Positions 23,601 to 34,274 of a stretch of DNA of 64,000 nucleotides are shown here, in pieces. Under the pieces are notes generated by a model. That model did not search any database. It had not been told where the DNA came from and saw only the letters and a program-made list of their open reading frames with translations. The position numbers were made by a program, and so were the translations under genes. The stretch is from Octopus sinensis (Eukaryota), in the NCBI RefSeq assembly GCF_006345805.1, contig NC_042997.1:207824001-207888000 (forward strand). The letters are read 5' to 3'. Numbering within the stretch: position 1 is the stretch's first letter; each line of letters starts with the position of its first letter.

Positions 23601-26600
23601 ATTGACTTAGCCACTCTCCTGAAATTGCTGGCCTTGTGCCAAAATTTAAAACCAAAATTCCAGTGATGTTTATGGTCAATAAAATAAGTACCAGTTGAGC
23701 ACTAGGGTTGAGGTAATTGACTTCGACACTCCCCTGAAATTGCTGGCCTTGTGCCAAAATTTGAAAGCAAAATTCCAGTGATGTTTATGATCAATAAAAT
23801 AAGTACCAGTTGACCACTGGGGTTGATGTAATTGACTTAGACACTCTCCTGAATTGTGGGCCTTGTGACAAAATTGAAAACCAATTTCCAGTGATGTTTA
23901 TGGTCAATAAAATAAGTACCAGTTGAGCACTGGGGTTGATGTAATTGACTTAGACACTCTCCTGAAATTGCTGGCCTTGTGCCAAAATTTGAAAGCAAAA
24001 TTCCAGTGATGTTTATTGTCAATAAATTAAGTACAGTTGAGCACTGGTGTTGATGTAATTGACTTAGCCACTCTCCTGAAATGCTGGCCTTTGCAAAAAT
24101 TTGAAACCAAAATTCCAGTTATGTTTATGGTCAATAAAATAAGTACCAGTTGAGCACTGGGGTTGATGTAATTGACTTAGCCACTCTCCTGAAATTGCTG
24201 GCCTTGTGCCAAAATTTGAAACCAAAATTCCAGTGATGATTTTGGTCAATAAAATAAGTACCAGTTGAGCGCTGGGGTTGATGTAATTGACTTAGCCACT
24301 CTCCTGAAATTGCTGGCCTTCTGCCAAAATTTTAAACCAAAATTCCAGTGATGTTTATGGTCAATAAAATAAGTACCAATTGAGCAGTGGGGTACATGTA
24401 ATTGACTTAGCCACTCTCCTGAAATTGCTGGCCTTGTGCCAAAATTTAAAACCAAAATTCCAGTCATGTTTATGTTCAATAAAATAAGTACCAGTTGATC
24501 ACTGGGGTTGATGTAATTGACTTAGACACTCTCCTGAAATTGCTGGCCTTGTGCCAAAATTTGAAACCAAAATTCCAGTGATGTTTATGGTCAATAAAAT
24601 AAGTACCAGTTGAGCACTGGGGTTGATGTAATTGACTTAGCCACTCTCCTGAAATTGCTGGCCTTCTGCCAAAATTTAAAACCAAAATTCCAGTGATGTT
24701 TATGGTCAATAAAATAAATACAAATTGAGCACTGGAGTTGATGTAATTGACATAGACGCTGTCTTGAAATTGCTGGCCTTGAGCCAAAATTTGAAACCAA
24801 AATTCCAGTGATGTTTATGGTCAATAAAATAAGTACCAGTTGAGCATTAGGGTTGATGTAATTGACTTAGACACTCTCCTGAAATTGGTGCCCTTGTGCC
24901 AAAATTTGAAAGCAAAATTCCAGTGATGTTTATGGTCAATAAAATAAGTACCAGTTGAGCACTAGGGTTGATGTAATTGACTTAGACACTCTCCTGAAAT
25001 TGCTGGCCTTGTGCCAAAATTTGAAACCAAAATTCCAGTGATATTATGGTCAATAATATAAGTACCAGTTGAGCACTAGGGTTGATGTAATTGACTTAGA
25101 CACTCTCCTGAAATTGGCGGCCTTGTGCCAAAATTTGAAACCAAAATTCCAGTGATGTTTATGGTCAATAAAATAAGTACCAGTTGAGCACTAGGGTTGA
25201 TGTAATTGACTTAGACACTCTCCTGAAATTGCTGGCCTTCTGCCAAAATTTAAAGCAAAATTCCAGTGATGTTTATGGTCAATAAAATAAGTACCAGTTG
25301 AGCACTGGGGTTGATGTAATGACTTAGACACTCTCCTGAATTGGTGGCCTTATTCCAAAATTTGAAACCAAAACTCCTGTGATGTTTATGGTCAATGAAA
25401 TAAGTACCAGTTGAGCACTGGGTTTGATGTAATTGACTTCGTCACTCTCAAGAAGTTGGTGGCGTTGTGCCAAAATTTTAAACCAAAATTCCAGTGATGT
25501 TTATGGTCAATAAAATAAGTACCAATTGAGCAGTGGGGTACATGTAATTGACTTAGCCACTCTCCTGAAGTTGCTGGCCTTGTGCCAAAATTTAAAACCA
25601 AAATTCCAGTGATGTTTATGGTCAATAAAATAAGTACCAGTTGAGCACTAGGGTTGAGGTAATTGACTTCGACACTCCCCTGAAATTGCTGGCCTTGTGC
25701 CAAACTTTGAAAGCAAAATTCCAGTGATGTTTATGATCAATAAAATAAGTACCAGTTGACCACTGGGGTTGATGTAATTGACTTAGACATTCTCCTGAAA
25801 TTGGTGGCCTTGTGACAAAATTTAAAACCAAACTTCCAGTGATGTTTATGGTCAATAAAATAAGTACCAGTTGAGCACTGGGGTTGATGTAATTGACTTA
25901 GACACTCTCCTGAAATTGCTGGCCTTGTGCCAAAATTTGAAAGCAAAATTCCAGTGATGTTTATTGTCAATAAATTAAGTACCAGTTGAGCACTGGTGTT
26001 GATGTAATTGACTTAGCCACTCTCCTGAAATTGCTGGCCTTGTGCAAAATTTGAAACCAAAATTCCAGTGATGTTTATGGTATGGACATAAAATAAGTAC
26101 CAGTTGAGCACTGGGGTTGATGTAATTGACTTAGCCACTTCTCCTGAAATTGCTGCCTTGTGCCAAAATTTGAACCAAAATTCCAGTGATGATTTTGGTC
26201 AATAAAATAAGTACCAGTTGAGCACTGGGGTTGATGTAATTGACTTAGACACTCTCCTGAAATTGCTGGCCTTCTGCCAAAATTTTAAACCAAAATTCCA
26301 GTGATGTTTATGGTCAATAAAATAAGTACCAATTGAGCAGTGGGGTACATATAATTGACATAGCCACTCTCCTGAAATTGCTGGCCTTGTGCCAAAATTT
26401 GAAACCAAAATTCCAGTCATGTTTATGTTCAATAATAAGTACCAGTTGATCACTGGGGTTGATGTAATTGACTTAGACACTCTCCTGAAATTGCTGGCCT
26501 TCTGCCAAAATTTAAAACCAAAATTCCAGTGATGTTTATGGTCAATAAATAAGTACCAGTTGAGCACTGGGTTGAGGTAATTGACTTAGACACTCTCCTG

Positions 26601-27577
26601 AAATTGGTGGCCTTGTGCCAAAATTTGAAACCAAAATTCCAGTGATGTTTATGGTTAATAAAATAAGTACCAGTTGAGCACTGGGGTACATGTAATTGAC
26701 TTAGACACTCTCCTGAATTGCTGGCCTTGTGCCAAAATTTGAAAGCAAAATTCCAGTGATGTTTATGGTCAATAAAATAAGTACCAGTTGATCACTGGGG
26801 TTGATGTAATTGACTTGACACACACCTGAAATTGCTGGCGTTGTGCCAAAATCTAAAACCAAAACTCCTGTGATGTTTATGGTCAATGAAATAAGTACCA
26901 GTTGAGCACTGGGTTTGATGTAATTGACTTCGTCACTCTCAAGAAGTTGTGGCGTTGTGCCAAATTTGAAACCAAAATTCCAGTGATGTTATGGTCAATA
27001 AAATAAGTACCAATTGAGCAGTGGGGTACATGTAATTGACTTAGCCACTCTCCTGAAATTGCTGGCCTTGTGCCAAAATTTAAAACCAAAATTCCAGTGA
27101 TGTTTATGGTCAATAAAAAAGTACCAGTTGAGCCACTAGGGTTGAGTAATTGACTTCGACCACTCCCCTGAAATTGCTGGCCTTGTGCCGAAATTTGAAA
27201 CCAAAATTCCAGTGATGTTTATGATCAATAAAATAAGTACCAGTTGACCACTGGGGTTGATGTAATTGACTTAGACTTCTCCTGAAATGGTGCCTTGTGA
27301 CAAAATTAAAACCAAACTTCAGTGATGTTTATGGTCATAAAATAAGTACCAGTTGAGCACTGGGGTTGATGTAATTGACTTAGACACTCTCCTGAAATGC
27401 TGGCCTTGTGCCAATTTGAAAGCAAAATTCCAGTGATGTTTATTGTCAATAATTAAGTACCAGTTGAGCACTGGGGTTGATGTAATTGACTTAGCCACTC
27501 TCTTGAAATTGCTGGCCTTGTGCAAAAATTTTAAACCAAAATTCCAGTGATGTTTATGGTCAATAAAATAAGTACCA
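14687..27577. repeat. Satellite array, ~115-bp monomer, ~112 copies, higher-order structure
   Basis: Monomer ctcctgaaattgctggccttgtgccaaaatttgaaaccaaaattccagtgatgtttatggtcaataaaataagtaccagttgagcactggggttgatgtaattgacttagccact repeats head-to-tail up to the gap. Confidence 0.98.
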
Positions 27578-27677
27578 NNNNNNNNNNNNNNNNNNNNNNN
27601 NNNNNNNNNNNNNNNNNNNNNNNNNNNNNNNNNNNNNNNNNNNNNNNNNNNNNNNNNNNNNNNNNNNNNNNNNNNNN
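27578..27677. other. Assembly gap (100 N, nominal size)
   Basis: Exactly 100 Ns. Confidence 0.99.
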
Positions 27678-27726
27678 TGGGTGAGACATGGAGCCAACTT
27701 GTACAAATATAAAGCAAAAGTCAAAC

Positions 27727-27729
<3 letters not shown>

Positions 27730-27772
<43 letters not shown>

Positions 27773-27782
27773 GATAATGATA

Positions 27783-27813
<31 letters not shown>

Positions 27814-27836
27814 TATAATAACAATAATAATAATAA
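27730..27836. repeat. (AAT)n/(GAT) microsatellite
   Basis: Direct reading; lies immediately upstream of an R4-like 5' region. Confidence 0.95.
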
Positions 27837-30133
27837 TGGAAGGAAGCGGGTGGAGTCTCCCCATGTCCTGATTAAAGATACATCTAGTGATGGTGTCACA
27901 ATAAAAACACTGGTAATTACGCAACCCGATAATGGCCACCTCATATGAGTGTCAACGAAAAAACAAAATATTGTGAATGATGGTGGGAATGAAACTGAAG
28001 CCAATTTTGGTGACAGAGTTACACCTGGTAGGCTCAGAGAATCTGGTCCAGCTCCAACCTGTCGATATCCAGAAAGGGACCACCACACACGGAGTAGATG
28101 GAGCAAGCAAATTAATGCTGTGGTCATGGAGTATTGCTACCTAAGCAGCCAGGTAGATGAAAATGGTACTCAAATAAGGGGTTATGGGATGACTCTAGAG
28201 CAGGGGTGGGCAAACTACGGCCCACGGGCCGCATGCGGCCCGCCATAGGTTTTCATGCGGCCCGCCGAGAGGAATATTTCACAAAATTTCCTTTCAATCA
28301 ATTGTGTGTTTATAGGTCTATAACCGCCTTTAAAAATATTTTCACTTGATTTTTATAAATGAGGCCCGCCAAGGTTCCAAAGACGCACTGTGCGGCCCGT
28401 GATCAAAAAAGTTTGCCCACCCCTGCTCTAGAGCAATAAGAAAAAATTGTTAGTTCACCGAAGTAGAGCTTGAAGCTATCAAAAGACGGGTCATGGAAAA
28501 TAGCAGCAGAAATAACGATGAAAATACGTTCTTAATAATAAAAGTAATCCATAGCACAAGAGAGGAGCAGTGGTAGTTAACTTGATGAGAGACAAATAGA
28601 TGATCTAAAAGAAGACAATAAAACTAATGGCGACATGACAGACGAACAAAAGGCAATCTACGACAGAATAAAGATAAGACTACAGGAGAACAATAGTAAC
28701 ATTATTTGCAACCTTAAAAATGTTGACCGGTGGAAGGTGAACCAAGAGACGAAAAATGTGAATGAAATTCTGAAATACATCAGAACAAACAACATCACAG
28801 AAACAAATAATTTGATCATGGCAGCAAGTATTGTTGTAGAACGTGGGTGTCGATGTCAAGAAAAAGAAACATAATGGGAGTGACAAAAGAAAAGATCCAT
28901 GGTGGAAAAGAAGGAACCAGGCAGGGTTAGACATGCTCTCGTAGGAAATTTCTGTGTTAGACTGAAAAGAGAAACGGGAGCTTAAAAGCTAACAAAAATA
29001 CAGGTGCTGAAAAGGAAGTATAATATTGAAAGAAAGGCCTGAAAGTGGTAATGGGGGAACTGAAACAGTGCCTTGTTGCAAAGAAAGCAAAGATGGTAAG
29101 ATTCGGCCAAAGAATGAAGGGTTACCACCAGAACAGGTTTTTAAATTTAGATCAGAAGAGATTCTATAAAGAAATAATGGAGAATGTACAGGTGAAAAGT
29201 TGATACCAGATAACATCGAAAGTCAAAGGTTTTGGAGTGACATCTGGAGCAAAGAGAAGAATGCTGAATGGTTGCAAGAACTGAAACAAACAGTGGTCTG
29301 TCCAAAACAGGCAGAACTAGCCATTTCAGTTAGGGAAGTGAAGGAAATCAGCAAAAAAGCAAAAAAAAAATTGGCAACTTGAAGGCACCAGGACCAGATG
29401 GAGTTCAAGGTTACTGGATCAAGAGATTTGGTGAATGTCACGCACGAATAGCTGCACAACTCAACACCTTGTTAAATGTCGACCAAGGAACACCAGAGTA
29501 GTTGACATTGGGTAGGACAGTACTGTGCTTGTAAAACATTGAAAAAGTCACTACAGTAGACAATTACAGGCTGATATCCTGCTTGCCACTTATGCGGAAG
29601 TTCTTGACTGGAATACTCGCAGAGTCAATGTAAGAACGTCTGGAAAAAAATGGAGTCCTCCCACATGAGCAGAAGGGTTGCAAGTATAAGTGCAGAAGTA
29701 TCAAAGATCAACTCCTGATAGATAAAAATGTACTCAGAGACTGCAAGAGGAGGACAAGTAACTTAGCTATGTCATGGATCGACTATCGTAAGGCATATGT
29801 TATGATTCCACGTTCTTGGATTATGAGTATGATGAGCCTATTTGGTAATGCATCAAGTGTTGAGCGATTGCTTGGTAAAAGTATGGTGAATTGGAGGACG
29901 GACCTGACAGCATACGGAAGAAGTTTAGGGACAGGAGAAATTAGGAGGGGCATCTTCCAAGGGGACTGTCTGTCCCCACTGATCTTTGTACTGTGCTTAA
30001 TACCATTAACACTGATTCTGAGGAAAGCAAAGGCTGGGTGTGTATTCAAAAGCTGCCAACAAAAAGTCAACCATTTGTTATTCATGGATGACCTCAAACA
30101 TTTTGGTAAAGATGAATCCCAAGTCAGTTCCCT
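27837..30133 (+). mobile_element. R4/Dong-like LINE, 5' part through the RT (decayed)
   Basis: [82 protein letters not shown]. Confidence 0.85.
28201..28425. mobile_element. hAT (Charlie-like) MITE
   Basis: Perfect 16-bp TIRs CAGGGGTGGGCAAACT/AGTTTGCCCACCCCTG and a perfect 8-bp TSD CTCTAGAG (28193-28200, 28426-28433). Confidence 0.95.
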
Positions 30134-30199
30134 GACTTCTATTATCCTTTATATTTATTAATAATATAAATATATATTAAGTTATTGTATGAAAGTATA

Positions 30200-31370
30200 T
30201 GCGACCATGAGTAGATTGGTTTTGAGGTATCACTTTAACCGTCATTCATTGCTCTTGCTCTTGAAAAAGCTACATAAAGCTGGCCACGAGTGAAGCATGG
30301 CTCTGGCAAATGTATACCAACTCTATTGAATGATTGCCATTGTGCTTTATTGATTGTCATAGAATAGGACAGACAAACTAGGAACTGGGTCCGATGCAGA
30401 ATGCATGGAATGTTTGTATTGCTTGGAGTAAGTTTGATTCTTGGAATCAGTTCTCTCGTGTGAGAATGAGATCCACTTATAATTGATGCTTCGATGCTAT
30501 GCTCATGGAGCTGAAGTACTTCCAAGAGAGTTCCGTTGCATAGAGCTTGTGTTATAGAGAGGTTTCTAAGAAGCATAATAATTGCTCCAACTTTCAAGTT
30601 AAGGTGATGGGGAGGCATTCCAGAAGGTGTAAGAGAGTTTATAAACTCCATGGGATAATTCTGGGCTTCTTCTTCATTATCAGAAGTTATTGAGTCGGTG
30701 CTTAGATATGTCTTAGTTTCAGGGGGCAATCTCCTTAGAATTTCTTCATTTACTGCTGAGCAGTCTGAAGTTTTAGGGAATAAGATCACTCTATTTTTCA
30801 TTTCTTCTGCTGTACAATTGTCAAATATATTAGATACCATAGAATTGTTACACATGCATGCCTCAGGAATATCAATAGCATCTTCTGAAAGATCATCAAG
30901 AGAGCTTTGAAGAAATCCACTTCCAAGTTGTAGCAGCCACTTCGGAAAATCTTGTCCATTTGCATTTGTTTTCATGTTTTGTGTAAGTTGCATTTGATGA
31001 AAATTATCCCACATAGAGGAGCGTTTGAGGCAGGCATCAAGTCCAGCTGCAGGAGGAGCTCTGGGAATAACTGGGAGAACTTATCTAACATCTCCTCCTA
31101 GTACAATAATTTTCCCACCAAATATACTGTTACTATTCATAATAGCTCTTAAACAATTGTCTACAGCTTCCAAAGCATAAACTGGTATCATTGAAGCTTC
31201 GTCAATACTGAAGACTTTTACTTGCCTAAGAATGTTTCCTTGATCAGAATTTGGTGGAACATTGCACACATTTATTTCACTCAAAGGAAATGGAAGCTTG
31301 AATATACTGTGAAGATTTACCACTACCTTGCAAGAGAGTTGTAGCAACGCTAGTACAGAAGCCAAGGGAA
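30200..31370 (-). mobile_element. Helitron RepHel PIF1-helicase fragment (pseudogene)
   Basis: HSIFKLP, IDEASM, FGGKIIVLGGD, YPMEFINSLTPSGMPPH.L.LKVGA.IMLLRNL, LCNGT, IPRI, MTINKAQ.QS, GQLYVAFSR; stops and frameshifts present; Walker A and Rep domain absent. Confidence 0.9.
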
Positions 31371-31503
31371 ATAGCTTGAATTTAATCCTGACTTATCTCC
31401 CTTAGCAAGATAAACACCGACGGTGCAGGTGTAATAATATGGAGATAATAAATAAATAAATAAATAATTAAATAAGAACCCTGTATTGTTGTGGACAACT
31501 TAC

Positions 31504-31712
31504 TCGAGATTCTGTCAAGTCCACATCAAATGGTATTTTCTCAGTTGTTAATAGAGAATCGTATCGTACTCCTTTTAACAGTTTCTATAGCATTGTCAAG
31601 ATTTTGGTATTTAGCAAAGAATTTCAATGTGACACCAACGTCTTTTGACCAGCAGAGACATCATATTCTATTTCTTTATCTTCATCATCTTCATCATCTA
31701 TATCTTCATCAT
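31504..31712 (-). pseudogene. Probable exon of the PARP14-like gene (acidic linker + post-macrodomain KH-like region) with two frameshifts
   Basis: tttcttctatatcag| acceptor, |gtaagt donor, 209 nt (phase 1-0, fits the upstream phase-1 donor). Frames read DDEDIDDEDDEDKEIEYDVSAGQK / DVGVTLKFFAKYQNLDNAIETVK / YDSLLTTEKIPFDVDLTESR. Confidence 0.55.
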
Positions 31713-32059
31713 CTGATATAGAAGAAATGTTCATTTTGTCAATGAAAAATAACCAAACAAGCAGCAGAAGATTTCTTATGTTCAGGCTTCAAAATTAAAT
31801 ATAATTCTAGTGTTTTCTGTTTTTCTGTTTAGTGAAGAGTTATAAGTTCCTGAAATAATGAAGTTAACCTGAAAAAGACTATCACTTATCCCTGTGGGGA
31901 GTGATATCAACTGCTCTTTAATTATTGCTATATATTACCATCTTGTACATCACTGCTACCATCTTGGGACTCTTGAATAGTGAATGATGTCTAATGATAA
32001 ATATTTTGAGAACCCTAACAAAAAAGATAATTTCTGTTGCATTCAACTAAATTTGAACG

Positions 32060-32370
32060 GGCCTCACAGAGGCAATGGCCAAGACCTTTGGCATTATGTC
32101 ATGCTTAAGAAGAAGACCCATCAAGCTAAGCAAAATCACAGTCATGGCAGATACAGTCAAGGTCACGCAAATGGCACCCATGCCAGTGGCACATAAAAGC
32201 ACCCATTACACTCTTGGAGTGGTTGGCATTAGGAAGGGCATCCAGCCATAGAAAACTGCCGAATCAGAATGAAGTCTGGTGCAGCCTTCCAACATGCCAG
32301 CTCAGTCAAACCATCCAACCCATGCCAGCATGGACAACAGATGGTAAATGATGATGATGATAGTGATAAT
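32060..32370 (+). mobile_element. RTE 3'-tail repeat
   Basis: gcacccattacactcttggagtggttggcattaggaagggcatccagc...aacccatgccagcatgg followed by (GAT)n. Confidence 0.75.
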
Positions 32371-32499
32371 ACAGAATTTACTAAAATATCCTAGTCATTA
32401 CTAAGCTGGTAACTGGAGCATAAATTAACAGCAATAGTAATAATGATAAGAAAGGAAATAACAATGTCAGATGCATTTTGAAGCAGTCAAGATAAAAAA

Positions 32500-33134
32500 C
32501 ACAGATGAACATTGCCTTAATTCAGGTTGTGAGAGACCTGAATTTATACAGAAACTCTAGTGATAACAAATGAGGCTAGACCTTTAAGGGAAGGCTTCTC
32601 ACTCAGCAGTGGTTGAAGAAGGAAATGGGGTCAATGGTGCAGCTCTATCTAGAAAGTGAATCCAAAGTAGGGGTTACAGGAAACGCATGTTAATGCTTTG
32701 GCTGCAAAAAAAAATGTATGTTTGAAGTAACAGAGCAGAGACTAGTGAACTAAGCTAATGCTATTAGGAGAAGAAAGTGGATGACAGAATTGGCGATGGA
32801 AAAGATCACAAGACAACAAAAAGAGAGAGAGTCAAGAATTAGAACAGCTAAACAACATCAGTGATACAGTTCAAGCAAATGAAGAGCCTAGAAGACAAAA
32901 CAATAACTGATCAGGAAAAGAAACCTGATACCAGCAACATAAGTGAGGAAGATGAGCAGATTTTAAATAAGTTGAAGGAAGTAATGGGTAAAGAAGACAG
33001 GAAAAAGATGACTAGCATTAAGAGGAAGTTGCTAGATGTTACCAGAAAAGTATATTCTGTTATCAGTAGGATAGGTACTAAAAATATAGTAGACACTAAC
33101 TTATTGATCTATGCAGGACGTGGGGTAGTAGTTA
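32500..33134 (+). mobile_element. R4/Dong-like LINE N-terminal remnant
   Basis: GYRKRMLMLW, VTEQRL, NAIRRRKW, TNLLIYAG; ends at the Gypsy LTR. Confidence 0.65.
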
Positions 33135-34260
33135 TGTTGTGGTGAATAGAGAGTAACGCCCCTGTGGGATTGAAAGTAGATTCATAAAAGAGTAATGTAC
33201 TTCATTGAGAGGCAGAAGGCATTTGGAGTCTGACGTTGAAGTATTAGTAGTGTGTCATGTGAATACATTGCTTTTGCCCAGCTTCCATTTTAATCCTATA
33301 TCCAAACAACAAGAATGTAAAAGTGATGATGAGGTGTTTGAAGCTTGCATTCAGACGCTCAAATTTTTTTGTACGAAAAAATCGTTAACATGGAGGACTT
33401 ATTGGCCTGCATAGTGCAGTTGCAAAAGCAGCAACAACAACAAAACCAACAGTTGGTGCATGTAATATTCAAGATATCCAAAAGTATGTCATAGTCATTG
33501 TCAGCAGATAATGGAGTAAACTGAACTGGAGGAGAGTTCAGTTATGACTCAGAAGAAGAAGAAGGAACAACATTTTCTGCACATTTTTGAAGAGACGAAG
33601 AAATCTTGAACAAGAATGTCAAAACTGGACTGACAAGAAGAAGTGGACCACTTTTAAGAAAGTTATCCCTGCTGAAGAATCAAGCTGAGATTTGTTTTGA
33701 GGAAAAATTTTATTGAAAATTTTCAATGAAATGAGTTCCCGGTTCAATACTCACTGGCAGTATTTAAATTTGGTTGCAAAATATGATGGAAATTTCGTCA
33801 CCTATGTTGGGGTGTTAGAGAGAATGTGAAAAATTCAAATTAAATAAACTGACCTCAGACATGTTCAAATGTCTAATTTTCGTTCTAGGGCTAACCGAAA
33901 GCAAAGATGCAGGTACATATTCTCAGATATTAACAAAATTAGAACAGAACCAAAAATTAACTCTACAGGCAGTGCAGCAGAAGGATGTGAGAGAATTATG
34001 AATTTAAGGCATGATACTGATGTAAATGAAGAAAAGATTGCTCTTATATTTATGCATGCCAACCTGTAAAGGATTAGAAAAAAGAAAAGAAAAAAATATA
34101 TCAAGATTGAATGCTATGGGCCATGCTATGGTGCAAAGGTTTACATTTTAAATGTAATTGACCATTCCAAAAAGTAAAAAACATTTTCAGTGTGGAAAAA
34201 TTGGACATAAAAGCTCACATTGTAGAGTGAAACAAAAACAAAGGCTGAATGAAAAAATTC
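33135..34260 (+). mobile_element. Gypsy/Ty3 LTR element: 5' LTR and decayed gag
   Basis: Starts TGTTGTGG; 33135-33232 is homologous to the minus-strand LTR starting at 41982; gag remnants FKCLIFVLGL and ERIMNLRHDT, knuckle remnant FQCGKIGHKSSHC. Confidence 0.7.
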
Positions 34261-34274
34261 TGTCAAGAAAGTAT

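Noticed and set aside
14687-27577. CRISPR-like array or repeat-protein gene (many 60-130 aa ORFs such as MTINITGIL...)
   Set aside because: Contiguous monomers with no unique spacers and no cas genes; the 115-bp unit is not a multiple of 3 and every frame hits stops, so the ORFs are by-products.
30121-30138. AAGTCAG-ttcc-CTGACTT hairpin as a Helitron 3' terminator; CCTGACTT also at 31387 as a possible TSD
   Set aside because: Most of the hairpin is R4 coding sequence (QVSSL), no CTRR end follows, and Helitrons do not make TSDs; probably coincidental.
30235-31365. Host PIF1 helicase gene
   Set aside because: Intronless, disrupted, lacks Walker A and has Helitron-type motif spacing.
31845-31900. 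Possible micro-exon on minus (several yag acceptors)
   Set aside because: No convincing donor/frame combination; cannot be supported without RNA data.
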